Shown: positions 51,180 through 60,153 of the stretch, piece by piece
Position numbering within the stretch: position 1 is the first letter of the stretch
Layout: every line of letters starts with the position of its first letter
Source: an uncultured Candidatus Saccharibacteria bacterium
GTDB lineage: Bacteria > Patescibacteriota > WWE3 > JAUXAW01 > CAYREW01
Direction: 5' to 3'
NCBI GenBank assembly: GCA_964451675.1
Contig: CAYVIL010000001.1
Span: 1 to 61,276, forward strand
DNA: 61,276 bases
The notes under the pieces: generated by a model
What the model was told of the DNA's origin: nothing
Databases searched by the model: none
The model's input: the letters and a program-made list of their open reading frames with translations, nothing else
Position numbers and translations under genes: made by a program

Positions 51180-52268
51180 ATGAAAACCAGAGAAGAAGCA
51201 ATTCTATTTGAAGAAATTAGTGTTTTACTTGAGAAAGTAGAAAAAGCAGACATACCTCCGGAATTGAAAACCAAAACCATCCGTATGGTAAACCGCCTGC
51301 AAAGAATGGCCCAATTCGGTAGCTACAGTACAGAATATGAAAATATATCAGCTTATGTGGACTGGGTAACAGGGTTGCCATGGACTAAAAGAACAGATGA
51401 TAACCTTAACCTAGAACAAGCTGAAAAAACCCTGGGATCCAGTCACTACGGGATGGAAGCAGTTAAAACCAGAATTTTGGAATACATATCAGTACTAAAC
51501 CTCACAGAAGAGCGCAGAAAAGGAACAATGCAAATCAGCACCGGACCGCTAGCAGCCACACGTTCGACTGTTATCTGTTTCCTAGGATTGCCTGGAACAG
51601 GAAAAACATCAGTGTCCTATTCCATAGCTGATGCTCTTGATAGAGAATTTGTACGTATTGCCATGGGCGGTATGGGCAACGCTAACCAACTGCGGGGAGA
51701 GCCGCGTTCTGTACCGGCAGCCGAACCCGGACTTGTAATTAAAGGCCTTAGACAAGCACAAAGCAGAAACCCCGTTATTTTGTTGGACGAAATTGATCGC
51801 GTAGCCGAAAATGCTCAAGCAGGTATCACTGGTGTACTATTAGAACTCTTGGATCCCGAGCAAAACAGTGCGTTTACAGACCACTATATAAATTTCCCGT
51901 TCAATCTCTCCGAAGTCTTATTTTTAATAACATGCAACAGCACCCGCAATATTGCCAACGCTGTTCTAGATAGACTAGAGGTAATTGAAATGCAACCTTA
52001 TAGTGATGAGGAGAAAACCATAATTGGAAAAGAATACCTTTTACCACGAGCTTTAAAAACTTGCGGTTTATCTCCTAACCAAATTATTATTGATGACAAA
52101 CTTTGGTCCCTAATTATCCGACCCTTAGGCTACGATGCCGGTATAAGGACCCTTGACAGAACTATTAATACTATCTGCCGTAGAGTAGCAAGGAAAGTTG
52201 TGGAATCTGGTAATGAAAATGAAGTATTTGAAATCACAAAAGACAATATAAAAGAATTCATTGTATAA
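51180..52268 (+). CDS. Lon-like AAA+ ATPase module without the LON N-domain or protease domain
   Basis: YVDWVTGLPWTKRT, HYGMEAVKTRILEYISV, Walker A GLPGTGKTS, VRIAMGGMGNANQLRGEPRS, Walker B ILLDEIDRV and DAGIRTLDRTINTICRR run parallel to Lon residues of about 230-600. The ORF stops where the Ser-Lys protease domain should begin. Confidence 0.7.
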   Translation: MKTREEAILFEEISVLLEKVEKADIPPELKTKTIRMVNRLQRMAQFGSYSTEYENISAYVDWVTGLPWTKRTDDNLNLEQAEKTLGSSHYGMEAVKTRILEYISVLNLTEERRKGTMQISTGPLAATRSTVICFLGLPGTGKTSVSYSIADALDREFVRIAMGGMGNANQLRGEPRSVPAAEPGLVIKGLRQAQSRNPVILLDEIDRVAENAQAGITGVLLELLDPEQNSAFTDHYINFPFNLSEVLFLITCNSTRNIANAVLDRLEVIEMQPYSDEEKTIIGKEYLLPRALKTCGLSPNQIIIDDKLWSLIIRPLGYDAGIRTLDRTINTICRRVARKVVESGNENEVFEITKDNIKEFIV

Positions 52269-52344
52269 AAGATCATCCAGCAGGTAATTTATTCATCCAT
52301 AAACTCAGATAAATAGACCAACGGATTTTAGTATTCGCGAAACT

Positions 52345-52962
52345 ATGGGAAAAAAAGAACTAATAGAAAAAATAGCAGAATCTGTTAAAAAATGCACTCA
52401 ATGTCGGCTACATAAAACACGAACGCAGGCTGTTCCTGGCGAAGGCAATATAAGTGCAAAAATTATGTTTATTGGACAATGCCCAGGTTACAACGAAGAC
52501 CAAACAGGACGTCCTTTCGTTGGAAAAGCAGGTACTTTGCTAAATAACTTGTTTAAAATTGCAAATATTGACCGCGAAGATGTTTTTATTACTAACATTG
52601 TCAAGTGCCGTCCCCCAAAAAACAGAGACCCAATGGCAGATGAGGTTCGAACATGCGAACCCTACTTAGAGGGGCAAATAAAATTGATTAACCCCCGGAT
52701 AATCGTTCCCCTAGGAAGATTTGCAACAACCCACTTTATAAAAAACACATCTATTAGTAAAATACATGGTGAACCAGTTACAGCACGGGGCAGAATAATT
52801 TTTCCTTTGTATCACCCTGCAGCAGCTTTACGTTCAGAAGCAGTAGCCCAGGTTTTAGAAAAAGATTTTTTAAAAATTCCGAGCTTGCTGGAAAGAGACA
52901 GTAGCGAATTCGAAAAAATCGAAGGAAACGAGGAAACTGATAATCAACTGGGACTAATATAA
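52345..52962 (+). CDS. Uracil-DNA glycosylase, family 4 (Fe-S type)
   Basis: CTQCRLHKTRTQAVPGEGN, MFIGQCPGYNEDQTGRPFVGKAG, NIVKCRPP and YHPAAALR are present. Confidence 0.85.
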   Translation: MGKKELIEKIAESVKKCTQCRLHKTRTQAVPGEGNISAKIMFIGQCPGYNEDQTGRPFVGKAGTLLNNLFKIANIDREDVFITNIVKCRPPKNRDPMADEVRTCEPYLEGQIKLINPRIIVPLGRFATTHFIKNTSISKIHGEPVTARGRIIFPLYHPAAALRSEAVAQVLEKDFLKIPSLLERDSSEFEKIEGNEETDNQLGLI

Positions 52963-54632
52963 TGAGTACAAAAAAAAGAACCTATCTAAAGCTAATCCCT
53001 CTTGGTGGCTTGGGAAAAGCAACCAAAAACATGCATGTTTATGAGCAGGGCAATGATATTGTAATTGTAGACTGCGGTATTGCTTTCCCAACAGAAGCAA
53101 CACCTGGTGTAGATCTCATTATTCCCGATATTTCTCCCATAAAGAACAAAAAGCAGAAAATTAAGGGGATTGTATTAAGCCATGGCCACCAGGACCATAT
53201 AGGAGCTATACCATATATAGTACCTCAACTGAATTTCCCACCTATCTATGGAACAAGACTGACATTAGGCTTGGTAGAAGCTTCTTTAGAGGAATTCAAC
53301 CTAGAAAAAAAACCGGAGTTAATAGAAATTCAACCAGATAAACCTATTAAACTAGGAAACTTTCAACTTGATTTCTTCCGCGTAACCCACTCAATACCTG
53401 ATGCAGTAGGATTAATCATCAATACCCCCTTAGGCAAAATCATCCATGCTGCTGACTATAAATTCGATTGGACACCCGCAGCTGGGCCACCACCAGATAT
53501 ATCCAAAATAGCAGCAGCCGGAGAACAAGGGGTACACTTGCTTCTTTCTGACTGTCTAGGTGCAGAAAGAGAAGGGTACACCCTTTCAGAAACACTAATT
53601 GAAGAAGTCTTTTCACAACATATGCGAGACGCTGAATCTAGAGTATTTATAACAACATACTCATCCAACATCTCCCGTATTCAACAAGCAGTAAACGCCT
53701 CTAAAAAAAACAACCGGAAAGTAGCTTTCTTGGGCCGTTCTTTAAATGAAAGCGTTCGAGTGGCGCAAAGCCTAAATTACCTGAACATACCTAAAGGAAT
53801 GTATGTTAAAGCCCACAAAATAAAGGATGTGCCGCCTAAACAGTTAACAATCATCGTTGCCGGAGCACTAGGGCAGCCCAACTCCTCCTTAACCAGAGTT
53901 GCTAGTGGTGAGCATCGCCTAGCACAGATCAAAAAAGGTGATATTGTCCTTTTTTCCGCCGACCCCATCCCTGGTAGTGAAGAACACGTTACTGATGTCA
54001 TTGATGATCTCTACATACAAGGAGCCCGGGTTTTTTATTCCAGAATAACAGACGAGTTGCACGTCAGCGGCCATGCTTCACAAGAGGAGCTAAAATTAAT
54101 GCTAGCACTTACCAAACCAAACTTCATAGTTCCTATTGGTGGTACAGTTGCTATGGCACGGAGATATTCTCTACTCGCGCAGAGTATGGGCCACCCTGCC
54201 AAAAACATCTTCGAACTAGAAGAAGGGGAAACCTTGGAAATGAGTAAAACATTTGTCCGCAAAGGTAGAAAAATCGGAGTGCAAAACATTCTAGTTGACG
54301 GTTTAGGGGTAGGCGATGTCGGAAACGTAGTTTTGCGTGACAGACAACAACTAGCCAAAGACGGAATTTTGGTAGCGGTGATACCAATAGAACACAAAAC
54401 AAATAAAGTAGCGGGAGAAATAGAACTAATTTCACGCGGTTTTGTTTACGTCAAAGAAGCAGGCCAGCTCATGAATAAAGCAAAAAAAATTGTAGCTTCC
54501 TCTGTAGCAGAAGAAAAAAAGCAAAAAAACCTGCGGTATCTCAGAAGAAAAATCAGCGACAAACTGGAAACATTCTTTTACGAAGAGACCAAAAGAAGAC
54601 CGATTGTTCTGGTTGAGTTGATTGAGGTTTAA
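52962..54632 (+). CDS. rnj: Ribonuclease J
   Basis: Metallo-beta-lactamase motif LSHGHQDHIG, a beta-CASP region and HVSGHASQEEL are present in a 556-aa protein. The start overlaps the UDG stop by 1 nt (TAATG). Confidence 0.9.
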   Translation: MSTKKRTYLKLIPLGGLGKATKNMHVYEQGNDIVIVDCGIAFPTEATPGVDLIIPDISPIKNKKQKIKGIVLSHGHQDHIGAIPYIVPQLNFPPIYGTRLTLGLVEASLEEFNLEKKPELIEIQPDKPIKLGNFQLDFFRVTHSIPDAVGLIINTPLGKIIHAADYKFDWTPAAGPPPDISKIAAAGEQGVHLLLSDCLGAEREGYTLSETLIEEVFSQHMRDAESRVFITTYSSNISRIQQAVNASKKNNRKVAFLGRSLNESVRVAQSLNYLNIPKGMYVKAHKIKDVPPKQLTIIVAGALGQPNSSLTRVASGEHRLAQIKKGDIVLFSADPIPGSEEHVTDVIDDLYIQGARVFYSRITDELHVSGHASQEELKLMLALTKPNFIVPIGGTVAMARRYSLLAQSMGHPAKNIFELEEGETLEMSKTFVRKGRKIGVQNILVDGLGVGDVGNVVLRDRQQLAKDGILVAVIPIEHKTNKVAGEIELISRGFVYVKEAGQLMNKAKKIVASSVAEEKKQKNLRYLRRKISDKLETFFYEETKRRPIVLVELIEV

Positions 54633-54662
54633 GAAACAGAATTCCTAACCAACGGAAGGACA

Positions 54663-55364
54663 CTAAAAGGTACTCAATTCTTGCATAAAATAGCTAACAG
54701 TTTTAGCCCAGGAACCCCCTTTATCAATAGATAATGGACAATATTTTGTCATTATCTGTTCAGGAGTAACCAAACCCTGCTCGTAGTATTCCTCCTTCAG
54801 GTAGCGGGTAACACGCTCAATACCCTCTTCAAAAGAGCTGAAATGCTTAGTACCTCGTTCATGAATACCGTAACCCCAAAAATTATAGGAGCCGGGGGGA
54901 TATGTACGCCCAAATGTGGATTCAGCACCTGCAATTGCTATAGGCAGCCGCCAGTCAACACCATATTTGTCAGCAGTGTCTACTAACACCTTGGCATAAG
55001 GTGCTAAAGGTGATTTACGAGCACTCAAATAACGCTTCACAATTAATGGTCTTGCATCACCATAAATTAAACTTTCGTAACTAGAAGAATAAACTGGCGG
55101 GTTTGCGGAAAAAACGCCGTACACTTGAGGTACAATACGCTGCTCAATACGAATCACATTCAAAGGATTAAAAAGCACAAATAAACAAGAACCCATCAAA
55201 ACAACTGTTGATATAACAAAGAAAACAAGAGGAAAAGTAAATAGTAGTAATTTGCCAGTAGGCAGGCGAGATTTTATCATAAAATAAATAAATATCCGCA
55301 AACAGAAGCAATACAAAACTAGCATAATTAAAAAAAAATTGCAAAAAAAGTCTTCACGTGACAT
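54663..55364 (-). CDS. Membrane-anchored mannosyl-glycoprotein endo-beta-N-acetylglucosaminidase-like (glucosaminidase domain) protein
   Basis: YAKVLVDTADKYGVDWRLPIAIAGAESTFGR...YNFWGYG is present. The start is uncertain, with an alternative ATG at 55280. Confidence 0.65.
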   Translation of the reverse strand: MSREDFFCNFFLIMLVLYCFCLRIFIYFMIKSRLPTGKLLLFTFPLVFFVISTVVLMGSCLFVLFNPLNVIRIEQRIVPQVYGVFSANPPVYSSSYESLIYGDARPLIVKRYLSARKSPLAPYAKVLVDTADKYGVDWRLPIAIAGAESTFGRTYPPGSYNFWGYGIHERGTKHFSSFEEGIERVTRYLKEEYYEQGLVTPEQIMTKYCPLSIDKGGSWAKTVSYFMQELSTF

Positions 55365-55367
55365 ACT
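55359..55367 (+). promoter_or_regulatory. Extended -10-like element (TGaCATACT) 9 nt upstream of the ftsK ATG
   Basis: Read directly; no SD. Confidence 0.4.
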
Positions 55368-55376
55368 TTAATTACT

Positions 55377-57671
55377 ATGGCTAGAAAACGTAGATCGCGG
55401 CGGCGAACAATTAAATTCAAACTAAAAAAGGACACTGCTCAATCAATAACCGCTACCACCCTCTTATTTCTCGGAGTTATCTCTCTGTTGTCTTTTTTTG
55501 GACAGGCTGTTGGAATTGGTGTCAAAAATGTATTAAGCATCTTTTTTGGTTGGCTAGCTATTCTAATACCTCTTATCTTTATACTAACCGGCTTAGTATT
55601 ACTAAGACGTATAAAATGGTCTTTTGTTAAACTAAGAACACTACTTGGGCTTATATCAGCTACCCTGCTCACTGCAGCAACTATCCACTTCTTTTTCCCC
55701 CAAAGCACTGCTTACGAACAGGGTTCTATGGGAGAAGGGGGAGGTTTAGCAGGATACTTTATCCAAAGATTCCTAAGACAACATCTTTCTCCACTAGGAG
55801 CAGCAGCAACTTTAATATTTCTCACCTTAACAAGTATCCTCATTTTGTTCAATTCATCTCTAGACGCTGTAATAAAAATCATTAACAGAATAAGTGAGGA
55901 GTTCGCCGCCTTTTATAAACACTATATTAAAAGGAATAAAAATGAGCTAGAAAAGGAAGATGGGGAGAAAGTAAACGAAACAGACGCACAAGAAGAACTG
56001 GATACTACAGAACCTCAATTCATAACGCAGCAGGGTGGAAAATTGGTAACTGAAAAGAAGGAAGAAAAACACGAGGAAAAAGATTTTGCCAAATTTGAAC
56101 TTATAAACATAGTGGGCACAAGGTCATCGGAAAAAACAGAAGAAACAGAAATTAATGTACAGCAATCGGATCAGAACACAACTTCGCAGGACACAGACAA
56201 AACAGAAACAAAAAAGAAAAAGCCTCCCGAATGGAAACAGCCCCCGTTATCACTACTTTCTGAAACACAAGGTGAAGAAGCAGAAAGAGGAGACATTAAA
56301 AAAAACGCTGACCTAATAGAGAAAACTCTCAACGCTTTCGGTGTAGAAGCAAAGGTAGTTGAGGTAAATTTAGGACCCTCAGTCACTCAATACGCCATAG
56401 ACCTAGCAGAAGGCACAAAAGTATCGAAAGTTGTCAGCCTACAAAACAACCTTGCAATGGCCCTAGCAGCTCCTACCGGAATGGTCAGAATAGAAGCACC
56501 TATACCTGGAAAGGCTTTAGTTGGTATTGAAGTACCAAATTATCAAGCTGCCCTAGTTACGCTTAAAGACATAATGACTTCAGATCAGATGCAAAAAGCA
56601 CAAGATAAATTAACAGTAGCTCTGGGACACGATGTGTCCGGTGAACCTGTCATAACAAATATTTCAAAAATGCCTCATGTGTTAATAGCTGGCACAACTG
56701 GTTCCGGTAAATCTGTACTTTTAAACGCCTTTTTATCAACATTACTTTTCCGAAATTCTCCTGAAGACTTGCAATTGCTTCTTATTGACACCAAACGTGT
56801 GGAATTTTCTGCTTACAACGACATGCCTCACCTCCTACACCCTGTAATTGTTGAACCTGAAAAGGTACTTTCCTCGCTTAAATGGGCTGTTGAAGAAATG
56901 GAAAAAAGATACAGAATACTGCAAAAAGAAAAAGTTAAAAATCTAGACAGTTATAACCAGCTGCCTAACGTAGAAAAAATTCCTTATATTTTAATTTTAG
57001 TTGATGAACTAGCAGATTTGATGGGCTACTCACCAAACGAAGTAGAAAAAGCTGTTTGCCGCCTAGCTCAGATGGCCCGCGCTGTAGGCATTCATCTAGT
57101 ACTAGCAACACAAAGACCAAGCACAGAAGTTCTCACAGGGCTAATCAAAGCTAATATCCCTTGCCGCATCGCCTTCCAAGTCGCTTCCCAAATAGATTCC
57201 CGAGTCATTCTAGATACAAGCGGCGCAGAAAAACTAATGGGTAAAGGTGACATGCTCTTTTTACCTCCAGACCGTCCTAAACCATTAAGAATACGCGGAG
57301 TTTACGTATCTGAAAAAGAGTTAGAAAAACTAAGGAACTTCCTAAAAAATAGTGGGCATGATCCTAATTATCAAGCTGAAATTACAGAAACAAAGAGCGA
57401 ATTTACAGACAGTCCTTTTGATAAACCAGAGGATGACAAATTCTACGATGCTGTAGAAGTGGTGTGTAACCACGGGCGCGCATCTGCGTCACTGCTACAA
57501 AGACGTTTGCGTGTCGGTTACGCCCGTGCAGCAAGATTACTAGATGCTATGCATGACAGAGGTATTATTGGACCACACAACGGCTCCAACCCAAGAGAAG
57601 TCCTTATTGATGACCTCTCACAAATCATTAGCAGGGGTGGGGATAACGAACTTGAAAGTCAGAATCTATAA
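55377..57671 (+). CDS. ftsK: DNA translocase FtsK
   Basis: Four or five N-terminal TM helices and a charged linker are followed by the motor domain, with HVLIAGTTGSGKS and LILVDELADLM. The gamma winged-helix ASASLLQRRLRVGYARAARLLDAM is also present. Confidence 0.92.
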   Translation: MARKRRSRRRTIKFKLKKDTAQSITATTLLFLGVISLLSFFGQAVGIGVKNVLSIFFGWLAILIPLIFILTGLVLLRRIKWSFVKLRTLLGLISATLLTAATIHFFFPQSTAYEQGSMGEGGGLAGYFIQRFLRQHLSPLGAAATLIFLTLTSILILFNSSLDAVIKIINRISEEFAAFYKHYIKRNKNELEKEDGEKVNETDAQEELDTTEPQFITQQGGKLVTEKKEEKHEEKDFAKFELINIVGTRSSEKTEETEINVQQSDQNTTSQDTDKTETKKKKPPEWKQPPLSLLSETQGEEAERGDIKKNADLIEKTLNAFGVEAKVVEVNLGPSVTQYAIDLAEGTKVSKVVSLQNNLAMALAAPTGMVRIEAPIPGKALVGIEVPNYQAALVTLKDIMTSDQMQKAQDKLTVALGHDVSGEPVITNISKMPHVLIAGTTGSGKSVLLNAFLSTLLFRNSPEDLQLLLIDTKRVEFSAYNDMPHLLHPVIVEPEKVLSSLKWAVEEMEKRYRILQKEKVKNLDSYNQLPNVEKIPYILILVDELADLMGYSPNEVEKAVCRLAQMARAVGIHLVLATQRPSTEVLTGLIKANIPCRIAFQVASQIDSRVILDTSGAEKLMGKGDMLFLPPDRPKPLRIRGVYVSEKELEKLRNFLKNSGHDPNYQAEITETKSEFTDSPFDKPEDDKFYDAVEVVCNHGRASASLLQRRLRVGYARAARLLDAMHDRGIIGPHNGSNPREVLIDDLSQIISRGGDNELESQNL

Positions 57672-57716
57672 CAAAAAAACTGCACCAACTTTCCTCGTCT
57701 ACATATTTAATACAAA

Positions 57717-57986
57717 ATGAAAAGCATAAAAGATATACTAGCTAACAAAGAAATAGAACAACAACCTAAATACGTAACTAAGGAATTCCAGGCCTACGGT
57801 TACCGCCTGGCCGAGGAGTTGGACGATTTAAAGCACAAAGCTTTATACATCAAACTAGCTAAAGAAGAACCGCGTGCCCGTTTAGATAAAGCACTGGAAT
57901 TTGTAAAATCAAGCAACCCCAAAAGCAAAGCAAAACTATTTATGTGGAAGTTGAAAAAATTAAGGGAGGATACAAATTCAAACTAA
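57717..57986 (+). CDS. Small basic helical protein, unknown function (89 aa)
   Basis: ORF only; no motif recognised. Confidence 0.4.
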   Translation: MKSIKDILANKEIEQQPKYVTKEFQAYGYRLAEELDDLKHKALYIKLAKEEPRARLDKALEFVKSSNPKSKAKLFMWKLKKLREDTNSN

Positions 57987-58131
57987 ACCTCACCCCCGCC
58001 ATTTTACTTAGGGTAATTTGCGATCCTGTTTACGCCCCATCACCCCCCTAAATCTATGAACAGGCTAACAGGCTAACAGAGTAACATGTTCGTGATCAAC
58101 ATAGTATTTAACTCTTTAGAAAAATACAGAG

Positions 58132-59919
58132 CTAGTTTCGTTGTACTATGTCATATAGCGAACTCCACAAAGCTAAATAGCCTCGGGAGCGCATTACAAA
58201 AATCTTCCTGAACCGCTTGCCGTCTAAAACTTCTCCATCAGGATAATTTTCCGAAGCTACAAATATATTTTCCGTGTAACCATCTTCCGAATCAGCTAAC
58301 TTTATCTCTGTAATTTCACCAACAGGATCAATACCTTCATCTTCTAAAGCTTCTTTAACATCATCTTTACTCCAACCTTCGTCTGTAGAAACACCAGGGA
58401 CAGGGTCTTCCTGAGAAAGGTGTTCATCATAGCTTTCTGGAAGAAGGGTAGCATTAAGTAGATCTTGCATTTCTTCCTCAGTTAGCCACGGATGTTCATC
58501 ATAAGAGGAATCAAACCATGCTTTATAAAACCAAGGAGAATCACCCCACTCAGAGCCATCGTAAGCATTACCATCCCCATCGTAATCCTTCATCCGCTTC
58601 GTGTAACTTGGAGAAGAATTCCATTTAACATCAAAATCAGTAGGTAAGCGGGTAAACCCTCCAGCAGTAGAAGAGTACCAGGCTTTTATGGGAGAGCCAC
58701 CGTGTGTTATAACCTTGCCTTCAGTTTCTTCCACTGCTTTGTGCCAATTAGCAGCAGCATCATTATCTACTTTAGATGCCAGATAAACTTGGCAGCGCTG
58801 GGTTGTACAAATAGGGGAGGAGCCGTTGCCAGTTGCGGCTAGCGCATATGTACGGGCAGCAATTGCTTGGGCCTTTAGTGCTTCCATACCACCATCACTA
58901 CCCCAGTAAGAAGGCATTTCTGCAATACCTTTTAAATAATTGCCCTCGAAATCAATCTCCTCCGTACCGGAACCGGAATAAATCGTGATAGTATCAGGAC
59001 AATTGTAATCAACAATATCAACATCTTTGTAATAAGCTTTTAAAATATCTTTGTAAGACTGTCCTGCTTTGGAACGGCCGTAGGCACCGTACTGGTTCAT
59101 ACCCACACGGTGGGGATACCCACGGGAAAAAACAGCATAAGCAGGGGAAAACGGAGGCTCAGGTAAAGATTGAATTGCTGGCTCACGGTCACCAACGGAC
59201 GTAAACTCTGCAGTAGCAGAAAGTTTTTCCCGGATCAACTCCTGCATTCTACTACTAAGCGAACTAATCTCGTTCAACAGCTCGTTTTTATACATCTGCA
59301 GCTCATTAATTCGTTCCGCAGTACGCTGCTTACGGATTGCTAAAACTTCCTGCTCTCTGTTTAAACGTGTTATCTCTTGCTCCAATCTTGCCTTTGCTTG
59401 TTCTTCTGTTTCAATTCGCCCTTTTAACTCAATAATTTCTTTACTCAGCTCCTCTGCTTGCTTCTTTATTTCTTTAATCGTTACCTCGAAAATCATTAGC
59501 TTTTGAGTAAATTCTGAAAAGCCATCACTGGAAAACAAAATGGTTAATGGATCAGCTTGCCCCCTCTTATAAAGATCACGGATTAGTTTTGCCCTAACCT
59601 CTTCTTTTTGGGCATACTGGTCTTCGCGGGAATCTTTCTCTTCCTCTAATTTGGCTATCTCATCCCTTTTTTGGGCCAATAAATAAGAATTAGAAGAAAG
59701 CTGATTATTTATCTGTCCTATTTGATTACTGTAACCAGATATCTGCTGATTCAGAGACCCTGTTTCATCCTCGACTTGCGCCAACTCATCTTCTTTAGCT
59801 GACTTTTCATCCTGCAGTTCCGAATAATCGCCCGCAAATACAGGAAGGACAACAGCAGACACTGCTATTAAAAGGAGAAATACAATTGCGGCAAGGTGTT
59901 TTTTGGGCAGAGTAAACAT
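58132..59919 (-). CDS. SpoIID/LytB-domain cell-wall protein with a long N-terminal coiled coil
   Basis: A signal/TM segment is followed by about 230 aa of heptad-like Q/E/K repeats. The SpoIID core follows: GMNQYGAYGRSKAGQSYKDILKAYY, ALKAQAIAARTYAL and WYSSTAGGFT. Confidence 0.8.
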   Translation of the reverse strand: MFTLPKKHLAAIVFLLLIAVSAVVLPVFAGDYSELQDEKSAKEDELAQVEDETGSLNQQISGYSNQIGQINNQLSSNSYLLAQKRDEIAKLEEEKDSREDQYAQKEEVRAKLIRDLYKRGQADPLTILFSSDGFSEFTQKLMIFEVTIKEIKKQAEELSKEIIELKGRIETEEQAKARLEQEITRLNREQEVLAIRKQRTAERINELQMYKNELLNEISSLSSRMQELIREKLSATAEFTSVGDREPAIQSLPEPPFSPAYAVFSRGYPHRVGMNQYGAYGRSKAGQSYKDILKAYYKDVDIVDYNCPDTITIYSGSGTEEIDFEGNYLKGIAEMPSYWGSDGGMEALKAQAIAARTYALAATGNGSSPICTTQRCQVYLASKVDNDAAANWHKAVEETEGKVITHGGSPIKAWYSSTAGGFTRLPTDFDVKWNSSPSYTKRMKDYDGDGNAYDGSEWGDSPWFYKAWFDSSYDEHPWLTEEEMQDLLNATLLPESYDEHLSQEDPVPGVSTDEGWSKDDVKEALEDEGIDPVGEITEIKLADSEDGYTENIFVASENYPDGEVLDGKRFRKIFVMRSRGYLALWSSLYDIVQRN

Positions 59920-59927
59920 AGTAACTT

Positions 59928-59936
59928 ATTTTAACA
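59928..59936 (-). promoter_or_regulatory. Extended -10 (TGtTAAAAT) 8 nt upstream of the SpoIID-like ATG
   Basis: The minus strand reads TGTTAAAAT-aagttact-ATG. Confidence 0.5.
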
Positions 59937-60153
59937 CGATAGTTGATTGTTAATTGCCGATTGTTTGTTGTTTTTGCACAACCTAAAGTCTGGTTTGCAA
60001 AGAATACCTTAGAAACACACATTAATATTCGGGGAAGCAGACCTGCTGAACAACCATAATTGGTTACCTATTGGGGCAGACTTCCAAAAATCAGACCGTA
60101 AGTTGAAAATGGAAGTGCATAATACAAGTACTGCTACAAAAAATGCTTGCTAA

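Noticed and set aside
55377-57671. FtsK considered as the missing FtsK/TcpA-like coupling ATPase of the T4SS-like module.
   Set aside because: It lies 8 kb away behind unrelated genes. It also has the full chromosomal FtsK architecture, including the gamma winged-helix domain (LLQRRLRVGYARAARLLD) that conjugative coupling proteins lack.
59920-60153. The 234-nt intergenic region, and the other gaps of 150-240 nt (18304..18492, 20771..20995, 21908..22148), considered as hiding places for a small RNA, riboswitch or CRISPR remnant.
   Set aside because: I found only short 4-7 bp stems. There are no repeated spacer-repeat units and no conserved SRP, tmRNA, RNase P or riboswitch core motifs that I can recognise. 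These regions are most simply promoter and terminator space.
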